A DNA stretch of 64,000 nucleotides from the NCBI RefSeq assembly GCF_006345805.1, contig NC_042999.1, positions 85,188,001-85,252,000 on the forward strand. Direction: 5' to 3'. Below the pieces are notes generated by a model. It did no database searches. It was given only the letters and a program-made list of their open reading frames with translations, and was not told the origin of the DNA. Position 1 is the first letter of the stretch. Each line of letters opens with the position of its first letter. This stretch comes from Octopus sinensis. Taxonomy: Eukaryota. Made by a program: the position numbers and the translations under genes. This document shows positions 23,939-38,929 of this stretch, piece after piece.

Positions 23939-24530
23939 CATAAACACATACACACACACACATATATATATTCGAAGAATGAGTATAGACAACGCTTTTG
24001 AATGAGTTCATGTAGCCATTTTCAGGCTACTTTAAAACTTGAAACTCATATCAGAGTAACTCACTGTAAACACTATTATTAAGATTATAATAAAAATTAT
24101 CCCCTCAAAAAAGCCATATAAACTCATACTTTCAAATATATATAATACTGTCCGAGGAACTTTCCCTTTATTATTCTAAGTTTGAATGGCACGTACGGTG
24201 ACGAGGCAAGTTAGAGTCTACTATTTGAAAAAAGGCTTTGGTTAAGCGCTTAACGTTTAAAGAATATATGTATGCACCCCCTCTGAACATGTGCATAAAT
24301 GTATATGCTCACTCACACTCGCGTAAAGCACATACGTGCACACTCAAAGACATACCTATATGTATACATATATATATAACCATACACATGTACATGTATA
24401 TATAACCGAACACACGCACACACACACATACACACACACATACACACACACCCATACGCGCACAGTTATGTTCATATACACGTCTATATACGCACATGCA
24501 CGAAAAATGCAGAGTGAAAGGTAATATAGA

Positions 24531-24843
24531 GACTTACCATGTGATTGTACCTAGAAAGCTCCCCTCCAAGGCACAAGTCCGAGAGAGTCTGTTTATGTAG
24601 GAACAGAATTCGGCCATGCATACCAGCCTCCCATCTCCATGCCAGCGAGGTTATCCAAGGGAAAGGCAAAGGCCGATACAACTTGGCACCAGTGATGTCG
24701 TAACTCCTATCTACAGCTGAATGAACTGGAGCAACATGAAATAAAGCGCGTTGCTTAAGATCACAACATACAGCACGGTCTGACAATCGAATTCACTGAC
24801 TCATGATTGTGATCCCGACGCTCTAACCACTGAGCTATGCGCT
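24531..24843 (-). mobile_element. CORE-like SINE family 2 (unit B)
   Basis: Duplicated with the tandem unit. Confidence 0.8.
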
Positions 24844-25356
24844 CTCCCCACGCTGGAATATCGATGCGTATCCCCAACACCTTCCTATTCCTTCTCTTTC
24901 TCTCCCTCTCTTTCCACCTTCCGCTCGATATGCTACGCTTTCGTAAAACACACGACTTCCATGATTTCTATTTAACACCCCAAATATGCGTAAACTCGTG
25001 TCTGTCATTTGAAACTTTGTGATAGCCCTGTCTATGATCCAGTTCCTTGATATATCTATAGATATGTAGATTTCTTTATGTTTGCTAAAACATTGCGATC
25101 TTCATAGATTTCTCTATCTTAGCTAGCTGAGATATTTACAGAGAATTTCTATTGTTTCGCTAAACATTACCTTAGCTATGCACAGTCCAACCTGTCCCCG
25201 CAGTTCTACACGCTTACATTTTCATATTAAGGGCCAAACCAACACCACCAGCAATATGTTTATAAATGTACGTAACTATTCGTACATTGATCTGTTAACT
25301 ACTCGCTTTATCTATATCTCTGCTTATTTCAGTGTTTTCGGAAGAATATTTCAATG

Positions 25357-25421
<65 letters not shown>

Positions 25422-25567
25422 TTACTACTACTACTACTACAACTACTACTACGACGACGACGACTAACGCTGCTACCACCACCAAAACCACCACCACCAC
25501 CGACACCACCACCACTACTACTGCTACTACGACGACTACCGCCACCGCTGCCACCAACTCCACCAAC

Positions 25568-25608
<41 letters not shown>

Positions 25609-25893
25609 GACTACTACTACGACGACGACTACCGCCACCGCCACCGCTGCCACCAACACCACCACCACCATCACCACCACCAGTAGTACTACTACTACTA
25701 CTACTACTACTACTACGACTACTACTACGACGACGACTACCGCCACCGCTGCCACCACTCCCAGCCCACCACCACCACCACCACCACCACCACCACCACC
25801 ACCACCACCACCACTACTACTACTACTACGACGACGACGACAACTACCTCCACCGCTGCCACCAACACCACCACCACCACCACCACCACCAAA

Positions 25894-25931
<38 letters not shown>

Positions 25932-26170
25932 GACTACTACTAATACTACTACTACTACTACTACGACTACTACTACTACTACTACGACTACTACTACGAG
26001 GACGACTACCGCCACCGCTGCCACCACTCCCACCCCACCACCACCACCACCACCACCACCACTACTACTACTACTACTACGACGACGACAACTACCGCCA
26101 CCGCTGCCACCACCACCACCACCACCACCACCACCAATACCACCACCACCACACCACCACCACCACCACC

Positions 26171-26217
<47 letters not shown>

Positions 26218-26371
26218 GCTACATGTATTTTCAGAATATTTTGTCGATAAGACGTTATTTTCTATTCCAACGTATTCGTCGACTTCCGTAACTCTCTAGA
26301 ATTGTAGACATTTTCACTTTTGATCAGTCATACTTGAAATATTGTTTTATTTTTGATATATTGTCTTCTAG

Positions 26372-26480
26372 TTGATCCGTGTGCCGCAAGCCCATGCAAG
26401 AATGGAGGAGTGTGCGAAAGTAATGGCAATTCGTACAAGTGTACATGCAAGGCTGGATATTGGGACAAATTGTGATACAG
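26372..26480 (+). CDS. EGF-like exon 3 with a 2-nt deletion (frameshifted as assembled)
   Basis: Same as EGF exon 2 except GGATATTGGGAC instead of GGATATTCTGGGAC; 109 nt; splice sites intact. Confidence 0.7.
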
Positions 26481-27168
26481 GTAAGATTTATTACAAACTT
26501 ACGAATAAATATGTATTTCCTTGATCTATAAAATAGTAGATACTTCTTAAATGATTCTGCTATTGTTAAAGCGGTTACCATTTTAAAACGCAACCACTTA
26601 AACAATAGCAGAATCACCATTCCACTACATCTATAAATTCAAAGAAGTGAATCATCATCCCACTACCACTGCACATTCAAGGAAGTTTGACAACGGTCAT
26701 TAAGTAACAAAACACTTTGATAAACTCAGTGGTGACGACATACAGAGAGGATGCTCTTGAAGCCGAGAATTTGAACTTATGGAGGACAATATTTACATAT
26801 CGCTGAGGAAACATAGCTAGTTCTCATAAACAGGGAAACGGTTGCGTAAGTGAGTAGCTCACGCCTGGAGGACTACGTTGTGTACAAACCAATTGTAGTG
26901 ATTGAAAACAAATGTCCGCCATGATTGATCGCTAAATCCACAAGTTTTTATATTCTTTCTCTACTTAATTCTACTTAAATCTTTCTGCTGAAAAGCCTTG
27001 GTTCGAAACATAAAAGACTTTCTCACTTTCCCGAGCGTGAAACTATACATCTGCTTGGTGTTCATACATCAGTCTTCGTCTTTTGTTTTTCATAAATTTC
27101 AACTATATATAATATATACATATAATATTTACACACACACACACACACACCACACACACAAACACACA

Positions 27169-27210
<42 letters not shown>

Positions 27211-27815
27211 AACACATATACACACACACATATATATATATTCGAAGAATGAGTATAGACAACGCTTTTGAATGAGTTCATGTAGCCATTTTCAGGCTAC
27301 TTTAAAACTTGAAACTCATATCAGAGTAACTCACTGTAAACACTATTATTAAGATTATAATAAAAATTATCCCCTCAAAAAAGCCATATAAACTCATACT
27401 TTCAAATATATATAATACTGTCCGAGGAACTTTCCCTTTATTATTCTAAGTTTGAATGACACGTACGGTGACGTGGCAAGTTAGAGTCTACTATTTGAAA
27501 AAAGGCTTCGGTTAAGCGCTTAACGTTTAAAGAATATATGTATGCACCCCCTCTGAACATGTGCATAAATGTATATGCTCACTCACACTCGCGTAAAGCA
27601 CATACGTGCACACTCAAAGACATACCTATATGTATACATATATATATAACCATACACATGTACATGTATATATAACCGAACACACGCACACACACACATA
27701 CACACACACATACACACACACCCATACGCGCACAGTTATGTTCATATACACGTCTATATACGCACATGCACGAAAAATGCAGAGTGAAAGGTAATATAGA
27801 GAAAAATATGTAAAA

Positions 27816-28148
27816 GTAGCCCCTTCGGTCATGACTTACCATGTGATTGTACCTAGAAAGCTCCCCTCCAAGGCACAAGTCCGAGAGAGTATGTTTATGT
27901 AGGAACAGAATTCGGCCATGCATACCAGCCTCCCATCTCCATGCCAGCGAGGTTATCCAAGGGAAAGGCAAAGGCCGATACAACTTGGCACCAGTGATGT
28001 CGTAACTCCTATTACAGCTGAATGAACTGAAGAGCAGCAACATGAAATAAAGCGCGTTGCTTAAGATCACAACATACAGCACGGTCTGACAATCGAATTC
28101 ACTGACTCATGATTGTGATCCCGACGCTCTAACCACTGAGCTATGCGC
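27816..28148 (-). mobile_element. CORE-like SINE family 2 (unit C)
   Basis: Duplicated with the tandem unit. Confidence 0.8.
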
Positions 28149-28663
28149 TCTCCCCACGCTGGAATATCGATGCGTATCCCCAACTCCTTCCTATTCCTTC
28201 TCTTTCTCTCCCTCTCTTTCCACCTTCCGCTCGATATGCGACGCTTTCGTAAAACATACGACTTCCATGATTTCTATTTAACACCCCAAATATGCGTAAA
28301 CTCGTGTCTGTCATTTGAAACTTTGTGATAGCCCTGTCTATGATCCAGTTCCTTGATATATCTATAGATATGTAGATTTTTTTTATGTTTGCTAAAACAT
28401 TGCGATCTTCATAGATTACTCTATCTTAGTTAGCTGAGATATTTACAGAGAATTTTTATTGTTTTGCTAAACATTACCTTAGCTATGCACAGTCCAACCT
28501 GTCCCCGCAGTTCTACACGCTTACATTTTCATATTAAGGGCCAAACCAACACCACCAGCAATATGTTTATAAATGTACGTAACTATTCGTACATTGATCT
28601 GTTAACTACTCGCTTTATCTATATCTCTGCTTATTTCAGTGTTTTCGGAAGAATATTTCAATG

Positions 28664-28785
<122 letters not shown>

Positions 28786-28895
28786 TGACTAACGCTGCTA
28801 CCACCACCAAAACCACCACCACCACCACCACCACCACCACCACTACTACTACTACAACTACTACTGCTACTACGACGACTACCGCCACCGCTGCC

Positions 28896-28954
<59 letters not shown>

Positions 28955-29342
28955 CGCCACCGCTGCCACCACTCCCACCCCACACCACCACCACCACTCC
29001 CACCCCACCACCACCACCACCACCACTCCCACCCCACCACCACCACCACCACTACTACTACTACTACAACGACGACGACCGCCACCGTTGCCACCACCAT
29101 CACCAATACCACCACCACCACCACCACCACCACCACCACCACCACCACCACCACCACTAACTACTACTACTACTACTACTACTACTACGCTACATGTATT
29201 TTCAGAATATTTTGTCGATAAGACGTTATTTTCTATTCCAACGTATTCGTCGACTTCCGTGACTCTCTAGAATTGTTGACATTTTCACTTTTGGTCAGTC
29301 ATACTTGAAATATTGTTTTATTTTTGATATATTGTCTTCTAG

Positions 29343-29453
29343 TTGATCCGTGTGCCGCAAGCCCATGCAAGAATGGAGGAGTGTGCGAAAGTAATGGCAA
29401 TTCGTACAAGTGTACATGCAAGGCTGGATATTCTGGGACAAATTGTGATACAG
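29343..29453 (+). CDS. EGF-like exon 4 (identical peptide to exon 2)
   Basis: 111 nt, AG/GT borders, six cysteines. Confidence 0.92.
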
Positions 29454-30111
29454 GTAAGAATTTATTACAAACTTACGAATAAATATGTATTTCATTGATC
29501 TATGAAATAGTAGATACTTCTTAAATGATTCTGCTATTGTTAAAGTGGTTACCATTTTAAAACGCAACCTCTTAAACAATAGCAGAATCACCATTCCGCT
29601 ACATCTACAAATTCAAAGCAGTGGATCACCATCCCACTACCACTGCACATTCAAGGAAGTTTGACAACGGTCATTAAGTAACAAGACACTTTGATAAACT
29701 CAGTGGCGACGACATACAGAGAGGATGCTCTTGAAGCCGAGAATTTGAACTTACGGAGACAATATTTACATATCGCCTGAGGAAACATAGCTAGATCTCA
29801 TAATGCAGGGAAACGGTTGCGTAATGAAGTAGCTTCACGCCTGGAGGACTACGTTGTGTACAAACCAATTGTAGTGATTGAAAACAAATGTCCGCCATGA
29901 TTGATCGCTAAATCCACAAGTTTTTATATTCTTTCTCTACTTAATTCTACTTAAATCTTTCTGCTGAAAAGCCTTGGTTCGAAACATAAAAGACTTTCTC
30001 ACTTTCCCGAGCGTGAAACTAATACATCTGCTTGGTGTTCATACACCAGTCTTCGTCTTTTGTTTTTCAATAAATTTCAACTATATATAAATATATACAT
30101 ATATATATTTA

Positions 30112-30161
<50 letters not shown>

Positions 30162-31944
30162 AACACATATACACACACACATATATATATTCGAAGAATG
30201 AGTATAGACAACGCTTTTGAATGAGTTCATGTAGCCATTTTCAGGCTACTTTAAAACTTGAAACTCATATCAGAGTAACTCACTGTAAACACTATTATTA
30301 AGATTATAATAAAAATTATCCCCCCAAAAAAGACATATACACTCATAATTTCAAATATATATAATACTGTCCGAGGAACTTTCCCTTTATTATTCTAAGT
30401 TTGAATGGCACGTACGGTGACGTGGCAAGTTAGAGTCTACTATTTGAAAAAAGGTTTTGGTTAAGCCCTTAACGTTTATAGCGAATTTGGGTGTACACCA
30501 GAATATCGATCTGACCCCGCTTTTATTAGGTAATATAGGGGCAGTATAATCTATAGTATTGAGTAGGTAAAATCCAGGGTAGATGTTTTATAGCCAACGG
30601 AATCCTGGGATCTAGTTTTTTCATTCGCAAAATATGCATTTTTTAAAAGACAGTAAAAAATCAGAAAATTGGCTATAATAATAAAGGTATCCAGTCTAAT
30701 TGCTATGAAAGTATGATATGAAGAAAAAAGTGGAGGAAACAGTTTTTAATTTCAGAAGATTAAAAATTGTAAAAACTGTGTTTTTAGCCAATAGTGAGAC
30801 AGAAATTTTCTGCGTTTAGCGGAGCGGTGTCAACCTTAATGTTGTGTCCTGTGAAATTTATTGTTTAGCGTCTGTGAAATGACCTCTTCATTGTAGGTTT
30901 CTAAATAAACAGAAATACCTAATAAAATCAACATGTATCGTCTTACTGTTTCTTTTGTCTCTGCAGTGATTTAATTTTTTTAGTTTTAAAATTTGTTATA
31001 TTAATATATTTGTCTTCATGCGCTTACTTTATGCGTATTTTTGTATTATGAATACCTGTCATGTATCTGTGTACATCATTAATGTACCTGTCATGTATTT
31101 GTGTAAACTACGATAAGAATAACACTGGTCTACAAAGAGTTTGCCTCAAGAAAAAGAATACCTTTATTTTATAAGTTTTTGCATGCAGAATTGAAAACTA
31201 ATGTCAGATTATCTGTACTAAGTTCACATATTCCATTCACCTTCATAATGCCAAGAAACTTTTGCTATGTATAAAAAAATATGTAAAATATGAAGACAAT
31301 TGACGAAAAATATCTATAATAAAAATATAATTGATAAATATAATTTTTTATTACAACAAAAGACGCGGGTGAAATAAATCTGGTGGCGGGAAGAATCAAT
31401 ACAAAAATCGGGTGAAACGCAACTTGTGGTTGTCATGGTAACAAGCTGATAATGGCTCGCTGTCTGTTGATTGATTAAAATTACCCAAATTTCCCAACTT
31501 TATTTCCAAAAAAACATCAGAATCTCTAATTTACGAGATAATGTAATTGATTTATCGTAATCAAAATTCAGAGTTGCATCGATACACCAAAATTGAAAGC
31601 AATCTGAACAAAATTAAAGGGGACTCATTTTGCGAATGAAAAAGACTAGATCCGAGTCCTGGAAGTAATAATTATTCAATCGAGGGTTACACCGCAAGCT
31701 ACTTTTCAAGTTAAGGATACCTTGATAATATGCAGTTTACATTGTCGTTAGTACGTCTGGTGCTAACTCGGAGGAGAAAGGAGTGGAAGCTTTGCGTGGG
31801 TGACTATGGGTCACTTCAGATTATATGAAATTGGTTCATGCTGGATTAACTGAGATAAAGAAGTGCTGTTAGATCTTGCTTGGGACTTAAAGCTAGAGTA
31901 TTGATTACCCATTCTGACTTTGAAAGTGGTTCGCCACAAGCCGA

Positions 31945-31980
<36 letters not shown>

Positions 31981-32905
31981 GTTAAAATTGGCAGCTGATA
32001 CCGTACATTTACATACACTGTTTTTAGTAAGACAACAATTATCTAAGGTGCAGGGATTTGAGCATCTGAAGCTGCAGAGGATCGTAGGGGTGATGGATAT
32101 GAATTTACATGGTGATTGTTATCTAGTGAAGGTCCGGCGTTATGTTCATTATCTATGGCGGCGTTAGAATTGGTTTTTATGGGGTTGTAGGAGACGTCAG
32201 CAGGGTGTAGTTTTACGCTGTTTTTTCATGCTTGTACCCATATCTTTTTGCTCTTAAAACTATAAAATGTGTTCTGTACCATTTTTCCGCATTAAATGCA
32301 TACTGGAAGCGTAAAAATACCAAATATTGTTTACCTGTTTTTTGGTAATTTTTCACTTATTAAATGCTTAAAGCACATGCTTATCGTCGCAATGTTGACA
32401 TTATTGATATACCATCTTACGATTGCAGTCACGCACAAAATGACAGCTTCCAAATCCTGTTCTGTGAATGGGTAAAAATGATCCAATTAAAAACCCTGTA
32501 ACTTTGTTTTTTTAAATTCTAGAACAAGTGAATTATACCTTGGGATTCAGCGTGAAAAATTACAATTACATCAATACATCATTCAGTAAATTTTAAAATT
32601 TCAAAAGTTGCAGCTAAACAGAAAAGTTCCTGGGTCGGTAAAAATGTAATAAGAATATACGAAATTTCTAGAATATAATTGGTGAAAGAATTAGATAATA
32701 CTCTAAAGAATAAAGGAACAAAAATATGTTTAGGATGGGCTGATACAGCGAGAGCAATTCCGTATTAATATGTAGGAAGTATGTGATGGTGTTAAAAACA
32801 ACAATTAGCTGAAACAGTAGATTAATAGATTTGAAGTAATATAACGTATAAATTAGTTTGAAAATATACCGAGATAAGGGGAAAATCATCAAGGCTTTAA
32901 ACGGT

Positions 32906-32947
<42 letters not shown>

Positions 32948-33300
32948 ACCTTTGGTTTATATATATATATATATATTCAACATATGCAACCACTAATCCA
33001 GACAAGTTTTCTCTCACCACTCCCTACTCTCTGTATCTGTTGTCTCACCTAATTTCTTCCATTTCCCCTGGGCGTCAAATTAATACACCTGTTTGTTAGC
33101 CTCAACTGTCTCTTACGTTTGTACTTTGCTTTATATATATGCACACGCGCGCACACACAGAGGCATATATATATATATATATGCATGCACATAACATACA
33201 CATATGTATATACACACGTAAACATATATAAATATATATATATATACTACTTTCACATACATAGACACAACATACACGCACACTCACTCACACTACACAC

Positions 33301-33369
<69 letters not shown>

Positions 33370-33379
33370 TATAGATATA

Positions 33380-34625
33380 TACAGGGTCTTTCTGACAAAT
33401 GGAAAGCAATTTTAAGCAGTTGATATAGAGGGTTTAATATTTCATTCTTTGACAAAACCACGCTTCTTTGAAAATCTAATCCTCCTCTTTATTTTTTCAC
33501 GTAAATAGCGAACTGATTCGACAACAGAAAGTCATGGAACAGCAGATTCGTTCCGCGACTGTTTTGTCGCGCGCCGGGCACACTGCCAATAAAATTGTTA
33601 AGTTGACGAAACTTCCAAAAGCAACAATTTAGCATGTGTATAAATAATTGAAAGAAGAGGTTACAGATTGATAGGAAAGAACACAAGGCTCGATTCTAAG
33701 CGCATTCCAAAATTTGTCGTAGGTCTCAAACACTCGACTGAAGCCAACCCATCAACATCCATGACAACTCTTGCGAAGAAACACAACGTGTCCTTTTCCA
33801 CGCCGTCCAGAGCTGTGAACAGGAACCTTGGCATGGCTAGCCATATTTCACAATGCCGTCATCTTCTCACAGCCAAGGCCAAAGCCATCAGAACCGGGAG
33901 ATGTCCAAAGCTTCTGTCATTCATCAAGCATCAAGGTGCATGAAAAAATCTCTCGTGTTTGTGGGCAAGAAGTTCCCAGTGGACGCTGAGGTGAATCGCA
34001 GAAATTTTCGAGTGATTGCATACAACCCGTCTAACGCCCCCCACCCTGTGTTTGAGACTAAGAGTCCTGCCTCTGTGATGCTGTTTGGAGTAGTGGCGAA
34101 TGATGGAAATGTCATGAATCCACATATGAATAAATCTGGTTTGAAGATTGACATAAAAGAGTATCTGGACATCCTGACGAACTATCTGTTAACTTGGATG
34201 GAGCAGAAATTTGGGCTTAACAATGTGGTGCTTATCCAGGGTTCTGAGCCATGTCAAGGGTCACAAGCAACACAGGCCTTCCTTGGGGAGAAAGTGCCAT
34301 TTTTATGAGTGCCAGCATCTGGCCCAGTAATAGCCCAGATCTAAACCTCGATTACATTTTATGGAGCATACTTCAAGCAATGACCAATGCTTTACTACAA
34401 TCAAATGTCAACAGCTTGAAGAACTGCATCGTGCGTACGATACGCAAAATCAAAACATCTTAGGTTGGAGTAGCTGCAAAAAATTTCATTCTCGTGTGGA
34501 GGCGGTAATTATCGAAAGGAGCGGCCATATTAAGTAATGAAAGTTTTTGTTGTAATAAATGTTACATGAAAATGATATCTGTCTACTACCATTATTTTAG
34601 TATTTTTAACCATCGTAAAAATTGC
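33380..34625 (+). mobile_element. Tc1/mariner-superfamily (maT/rosa-like) transposon remnant
   Basis: HTH-like start (AGHTANKIVKLTKLPK), NRRNFRV, KSPASVMLFGVVANDG and WPSNSPDLNLDYILWS motifs; no matching TIR pair found. Confidence 0.75.
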
Positions 34626-34644
34626 CTCATTTCATCAGTGAGAC

Positions 34645-34741
<97 letters not shown>

Positions 34742-34788
34742 CATTGTTTTCGCGTTTTATAGATGCATCTCTTTATCTATTATTGCAG

Positions 34789-35038
34789 TTACTTCCGATT
34801 GTGTGTGTAAAGTATCAGGCGATCCACATTATGCCACATTTGATGGTCAGCTCATACATTTCATGGGACGTGTAAATATACTCTTGCATCAACAACACAA
34901 GGTTCCTCATTGATGGCCTTCAGTGTAGAGGCGAAAAATGAACATCGCTGGAATAATAAGAAGGTTTCGTACATTCGCATGGTTGATGTTAAAGTGAATG
35001 GTGTAACACTTCGCTTGTTACCAAAACACAAGATCTTG
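34789..35038 (+). CDS. VWD domain exon a, copy 1 (xTSDCVCKVSGDPHYATFDG...), 1-nt deletion as assembled
   Basis: TTGCAG acceptor, TTG|GTAAGT donor, GDPH motif. 250 nt versus 251 nt in the paralogue at 61953; ATGGGACGTGT lacks one A of ATGGGAACATGT. Confidence 0.88.
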
Positions 35039-35299
35039 GTAAGTAAATGTTATATATTTGTTAGCTGAACATTAAATTGAAGGCGGTTACAATACCAGTG
35101 ATGGAAATTCATACTTGACATCAATACCACTATAGAAATTATGAAGCAAAAGGTAACTGTCAATTGTGTCGGCATAACACGTCATAAAAAGCACGTTAGG
35201 TTATTCAAGGACAGCAACATATTCAAAAATAATCGAGAAATGGATTAATGCACAAAAGCCACCTTTATCGGAGGGTAATTGGTAGAAACATTCAGCATT

Positions 35300-35770
35300 G
35301 AACTTGACCAATTTTACAAGGGAATTAGAACCAGATGAAGGTTACAAATATTTAGGGTGTATGAAGGTGAGAGAATCAGACACTTGACGGTGAAGGAATG
35401 ATGAGAAAAGAATGTTATCTCAGAGGATGGCAATACTCAAGATGGAGCTAAACGCAAGAAACAGATTGGAAGCGTTACTTTAACCGTAACAGTCATGACA
35501 TAAAGTTACATTATTAAGTGGTCAAATATTGGAATTTGTGAGGTTGATAAAAAATCCGAAAATTATTCACATTGAATAAAATGCACAATCCTAAGTCAGA
35601 TGTGGAACGACTTTACTTTCCAAGAAAAGAGGGTGATCATGGACCATTACAACTTGAATTGTCATTGAAAATTGCCACAACTGGCATAAACATTCATCTG
35701 AAAAATTCTTCACTCACAGCTAAAACTTGTCTCAAAGCACAAACACAAGAAATAAGAGACTGACTTACAT
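35300..35770 (+). mobile_element. R4/Dong-type RT C-terminal fragment
   Basis: YKYLG and MHNPKSDVERLYFPRKEGDHG motifs. Confidence 0.7.
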
Positions 35771-37215
35771 CAGCACAACCTCTTGCCACCCATCCATCGT
35801 ATACAAAAGCCGTGTTCAAAATCGTGTTCAAAAACAGAAACTGTTGAGCCTTCAAAAGTTAGAAACTTGAATCGTAAAAATGTAAAAATAATAATTTGCG
35901 TTCTTTTGCACTTTTTGGAAAAATATAAGTTTTACTAATAAACTCTTCTCTTTCTCCTCGTTCTTTTCCTTTTATTTCCTCCACCCCATTTTTCTCCTCA
36001 TATTCCCTTACCTATCACTCTTTCATGCTTCTTGAGTTTCACTTCTTTTATCTTTTCTCTCCTTTTTCCCCTTCCTGATCCTACTTTTGGTTCATGTTTC
36101 TCCTCTCCTCCCTTTTTTCTTCTCTCCTCCATTCTATTATGCGTCTTCTTCCGTCCTTAATCCTAGTCAAATGCTTTTACTTGTGCTTCTAAACGAAAGG
36201 AAATAGTTAAACTTCATTTGCTAATAAAAGGGGATTGAAATGGTGGTGTCCCCCACCTTTAAAATTAAGATGTGTTTCCTAATGCGATGGGTACTTCAAA
36301 AAGTGCAACATTAACTTTTTTTTTATTTTCGATTCTAGTTTCTAACTTTTGAAGGCTCAACATTTTATTAAATCTTTTTCTGTAAATCAACAATTTTTTA
36401 AAGAAAAATTTAAAGTTTGAATATTTTGTTGAATCATTATTCTGTAAAACAGGAAATTTTTACCATTTAAATTTCATGTTTTTTAAGATTATATTATATC
36501 ATTTTATTATCTAGCATATCCTTCAAATAATATTGCCATCGTTAGCCCAATTTCTGATTCGCTCCGATACCACGTTGAGGTGATTATTGGTTTTTATTGG
36601 GGAAAGGACACCATTGATTTTTAATTTTTATTTTGTAATGTACATAAAGCATATCTGATTATTTAGCCCACGAAAATTGAGCTAGGGAATCTACAATGAA
36701 AAATGTTTCAACTTGACCAGCCATTCTGTATTTCTGATACAGTACGTCTTAAAATCCACCATTAAATGTAAAGAAAGAGTAGGAAGTAATTTGAAGGCAA
36801 TCTGGCTGCTATCTCTAACGGGTAAAGTGACTACTGTGTCTCACGTAGTAGCACCTATGCCCACCTCTGTTCACGGTATTCCAGTATTTTTAAGCTCAGT
36901 GAAAAGGAAGATATGTAATAATTTTATGAATTAATGAGAATTCGGTCATAGTGTTAAGTACATTTGGTATGATCACAGGAAAGAAGAGACAAAACATAAC
37001 CAGAAAGGAAATATGACCCGGTGGGCGGTTTAACTGCTCTAGTGTTGTGAGATAGAGAGGAATAGGTAGAGTAAACAGAAAAGAAAGAGTAGTGAAGCAT
37101 GTACGGGAGATAAAGGAGGAAGTGTAAGAGAGAAAAAGATGTTACAACAGTAGGAGGAGGAAGCGTGTAAGAGGGAAACGCAAACGAAAAGTCAGAGAAA
37201 GAGAGACAAAAGTAA

Positions 37216-37251
<36 letters not shown>

Positions 37252-37502
37252 GAATATATATATATATATAAAGAGGGGATGACTGATAGAAAGTAGGGAA
37301 AAATAAGTAGCTGTGAGAGTAAACAAACAGAAAAAGAAGAGTGGGAGAAGATATATATACGAAAGAAGGTTTGAAAATGTAATTTAAAAGATGTTTATTT
37401 ACTTAACCGGTTTCACTCTTTGGAAACAGATTGTCAAAAGTAACATAGAATATTATGAATTCAAAAAAGGTTTTACATAATTGCCACATAACATGTATAT
37501 AT

Positions 37503-37752
37503 ACAGTCTTTGGTAACAGGGACATGTTAAGGACATAAAGAAGTACAACAGTGTGATGAGAATATTTGAAAAAATGGGCAGAAAAGAATAAAACAAATAT
37601 ATTATTGGAAGTTTGGTTGCGTTAATTATTGGTTGTTGCAAATTGCCACATTACATGTATATAAACAGTCTTTGGTAACAAGGACATGCTAATGACATAA
37701 GAAAGTACAACAGTATGATGAGAATATTTGAAAAAATGGGCAGAAAAGATTA
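37503..37752 (+). repeat. Local direct duplication (~90 bp at 37503 and 37665)
   Basis: CAGTCTTTGGTAACA.GGACATG...GAGAATATTTGAAAAAATGGGCAGAAAAGA occurs twice. Confidence 0.8.
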
Positions 37753-37969
37753 AAATGAATATATTATACATCTCAGGGTCAGTACAGAATATTATGAATT
37801 CAAGGCGAGTTTGTTTAGTGACCTGTCCGTTTTAGCAGAAATGTTGAATTGAGAAAGATGTACCCGTTTTTTTCTGTGTTTGGCTTTCCTTCAAGCATCA
37901 ATGATTTTGGGGTTAGGATGAGGTGAATATATGTGTCTCTCTGCGTGTGTGTGAATAGATGTGTCTGTG

Positions 37970-38920
37970 TGTCTGTAGTATTTGGTCAGATGGCGTCTGT
38001 TTGTCAAGTGTGTGTGGTTGTCATGGTGTTGTGTGTGCGTGTGTGCGTGCGTGCGCGTGTGCGTGTGTGCGCGCGTGCGCGTGCGCGTGTACGCACGCAT
38101 GAGTGTGGATGACATTTGACATGGTGCTGCGTGTGTATATATGTGCCTGTATGGAGGTGAGACTGGTGTGAGTGTGCGTGCCCCTGTGTGCGTGCACACA
38201 CACGTATACAAGCGTCTCCGTGTGTGTGGGGGCTGTTTTTGAATGGTTCCAGGGTGGCGAAAATACATGTGTGTTGTTTAAAGAATATTTTGGGGTAGGA
38301 TGGTGTGTGTATATATGCGTGCCCGCCCGTGCGCGCGCGCGTGCGCGCCTACGCGTGTGTGCGGGCCATACACACACACACTACACATACATACATACAC
38401 ACACACACATCATACACACACACACGTATCTGACCCCCCCCACACACACAACACACAGACACACATAATATACAAACACACAACACACACACACACAACA
38501 CACACACATACAGAACACACACACATACACAACGCACACACATAATATACACACACAACACACAAATATAACATATATTTATATATAATATACACACATA
38601 TAACGCACACACACAACACACACAACACAACACACGCACACATACATAATATAAATACAACACAAATACACCTGGCACATATATACATACAATACACATA
38701 CACAGCATATATATAATACACATACACAATATATACATATAACATACATATACAATACATACATATAATATATATATATATATAGACAATGCATATACAC
38801 ATATACATATATACATATATATAGTGTTTACATACACATACATAAATATACCACATATACACACAGTATACATACATACAATGTATACATATACACATAC
38901 GCATACATATAAATACATGT
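37970..38920. repeat. Compound (GT)n/(CA)n/(TA)n low-complexity field
   Basis: Direct reading; source of many spurious ORFs. Many other (TA)n, (CA)n, (TCTA)n and (TACA)n tracts occur throughout the window. Confidence 0.9.
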
Positions 38921-38929
38921 GAATATATT

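Noticed and set aside
30480-32660. Possible decayed DNA transposon (piggyBac-like Cys-rich hint at ~32350-32450, minus strand)
   Set aside because: No TIR pair, TSD or convincing catalytic motif found by eye; needs a profile search.
37891-38918. Cys/Val/Tyr/His-rich ORFs
   Set aside because: Translations of (GT)n/(CA)n/(TA)n; the same applies to the many IYIY/THTH ORFs elsewhere.
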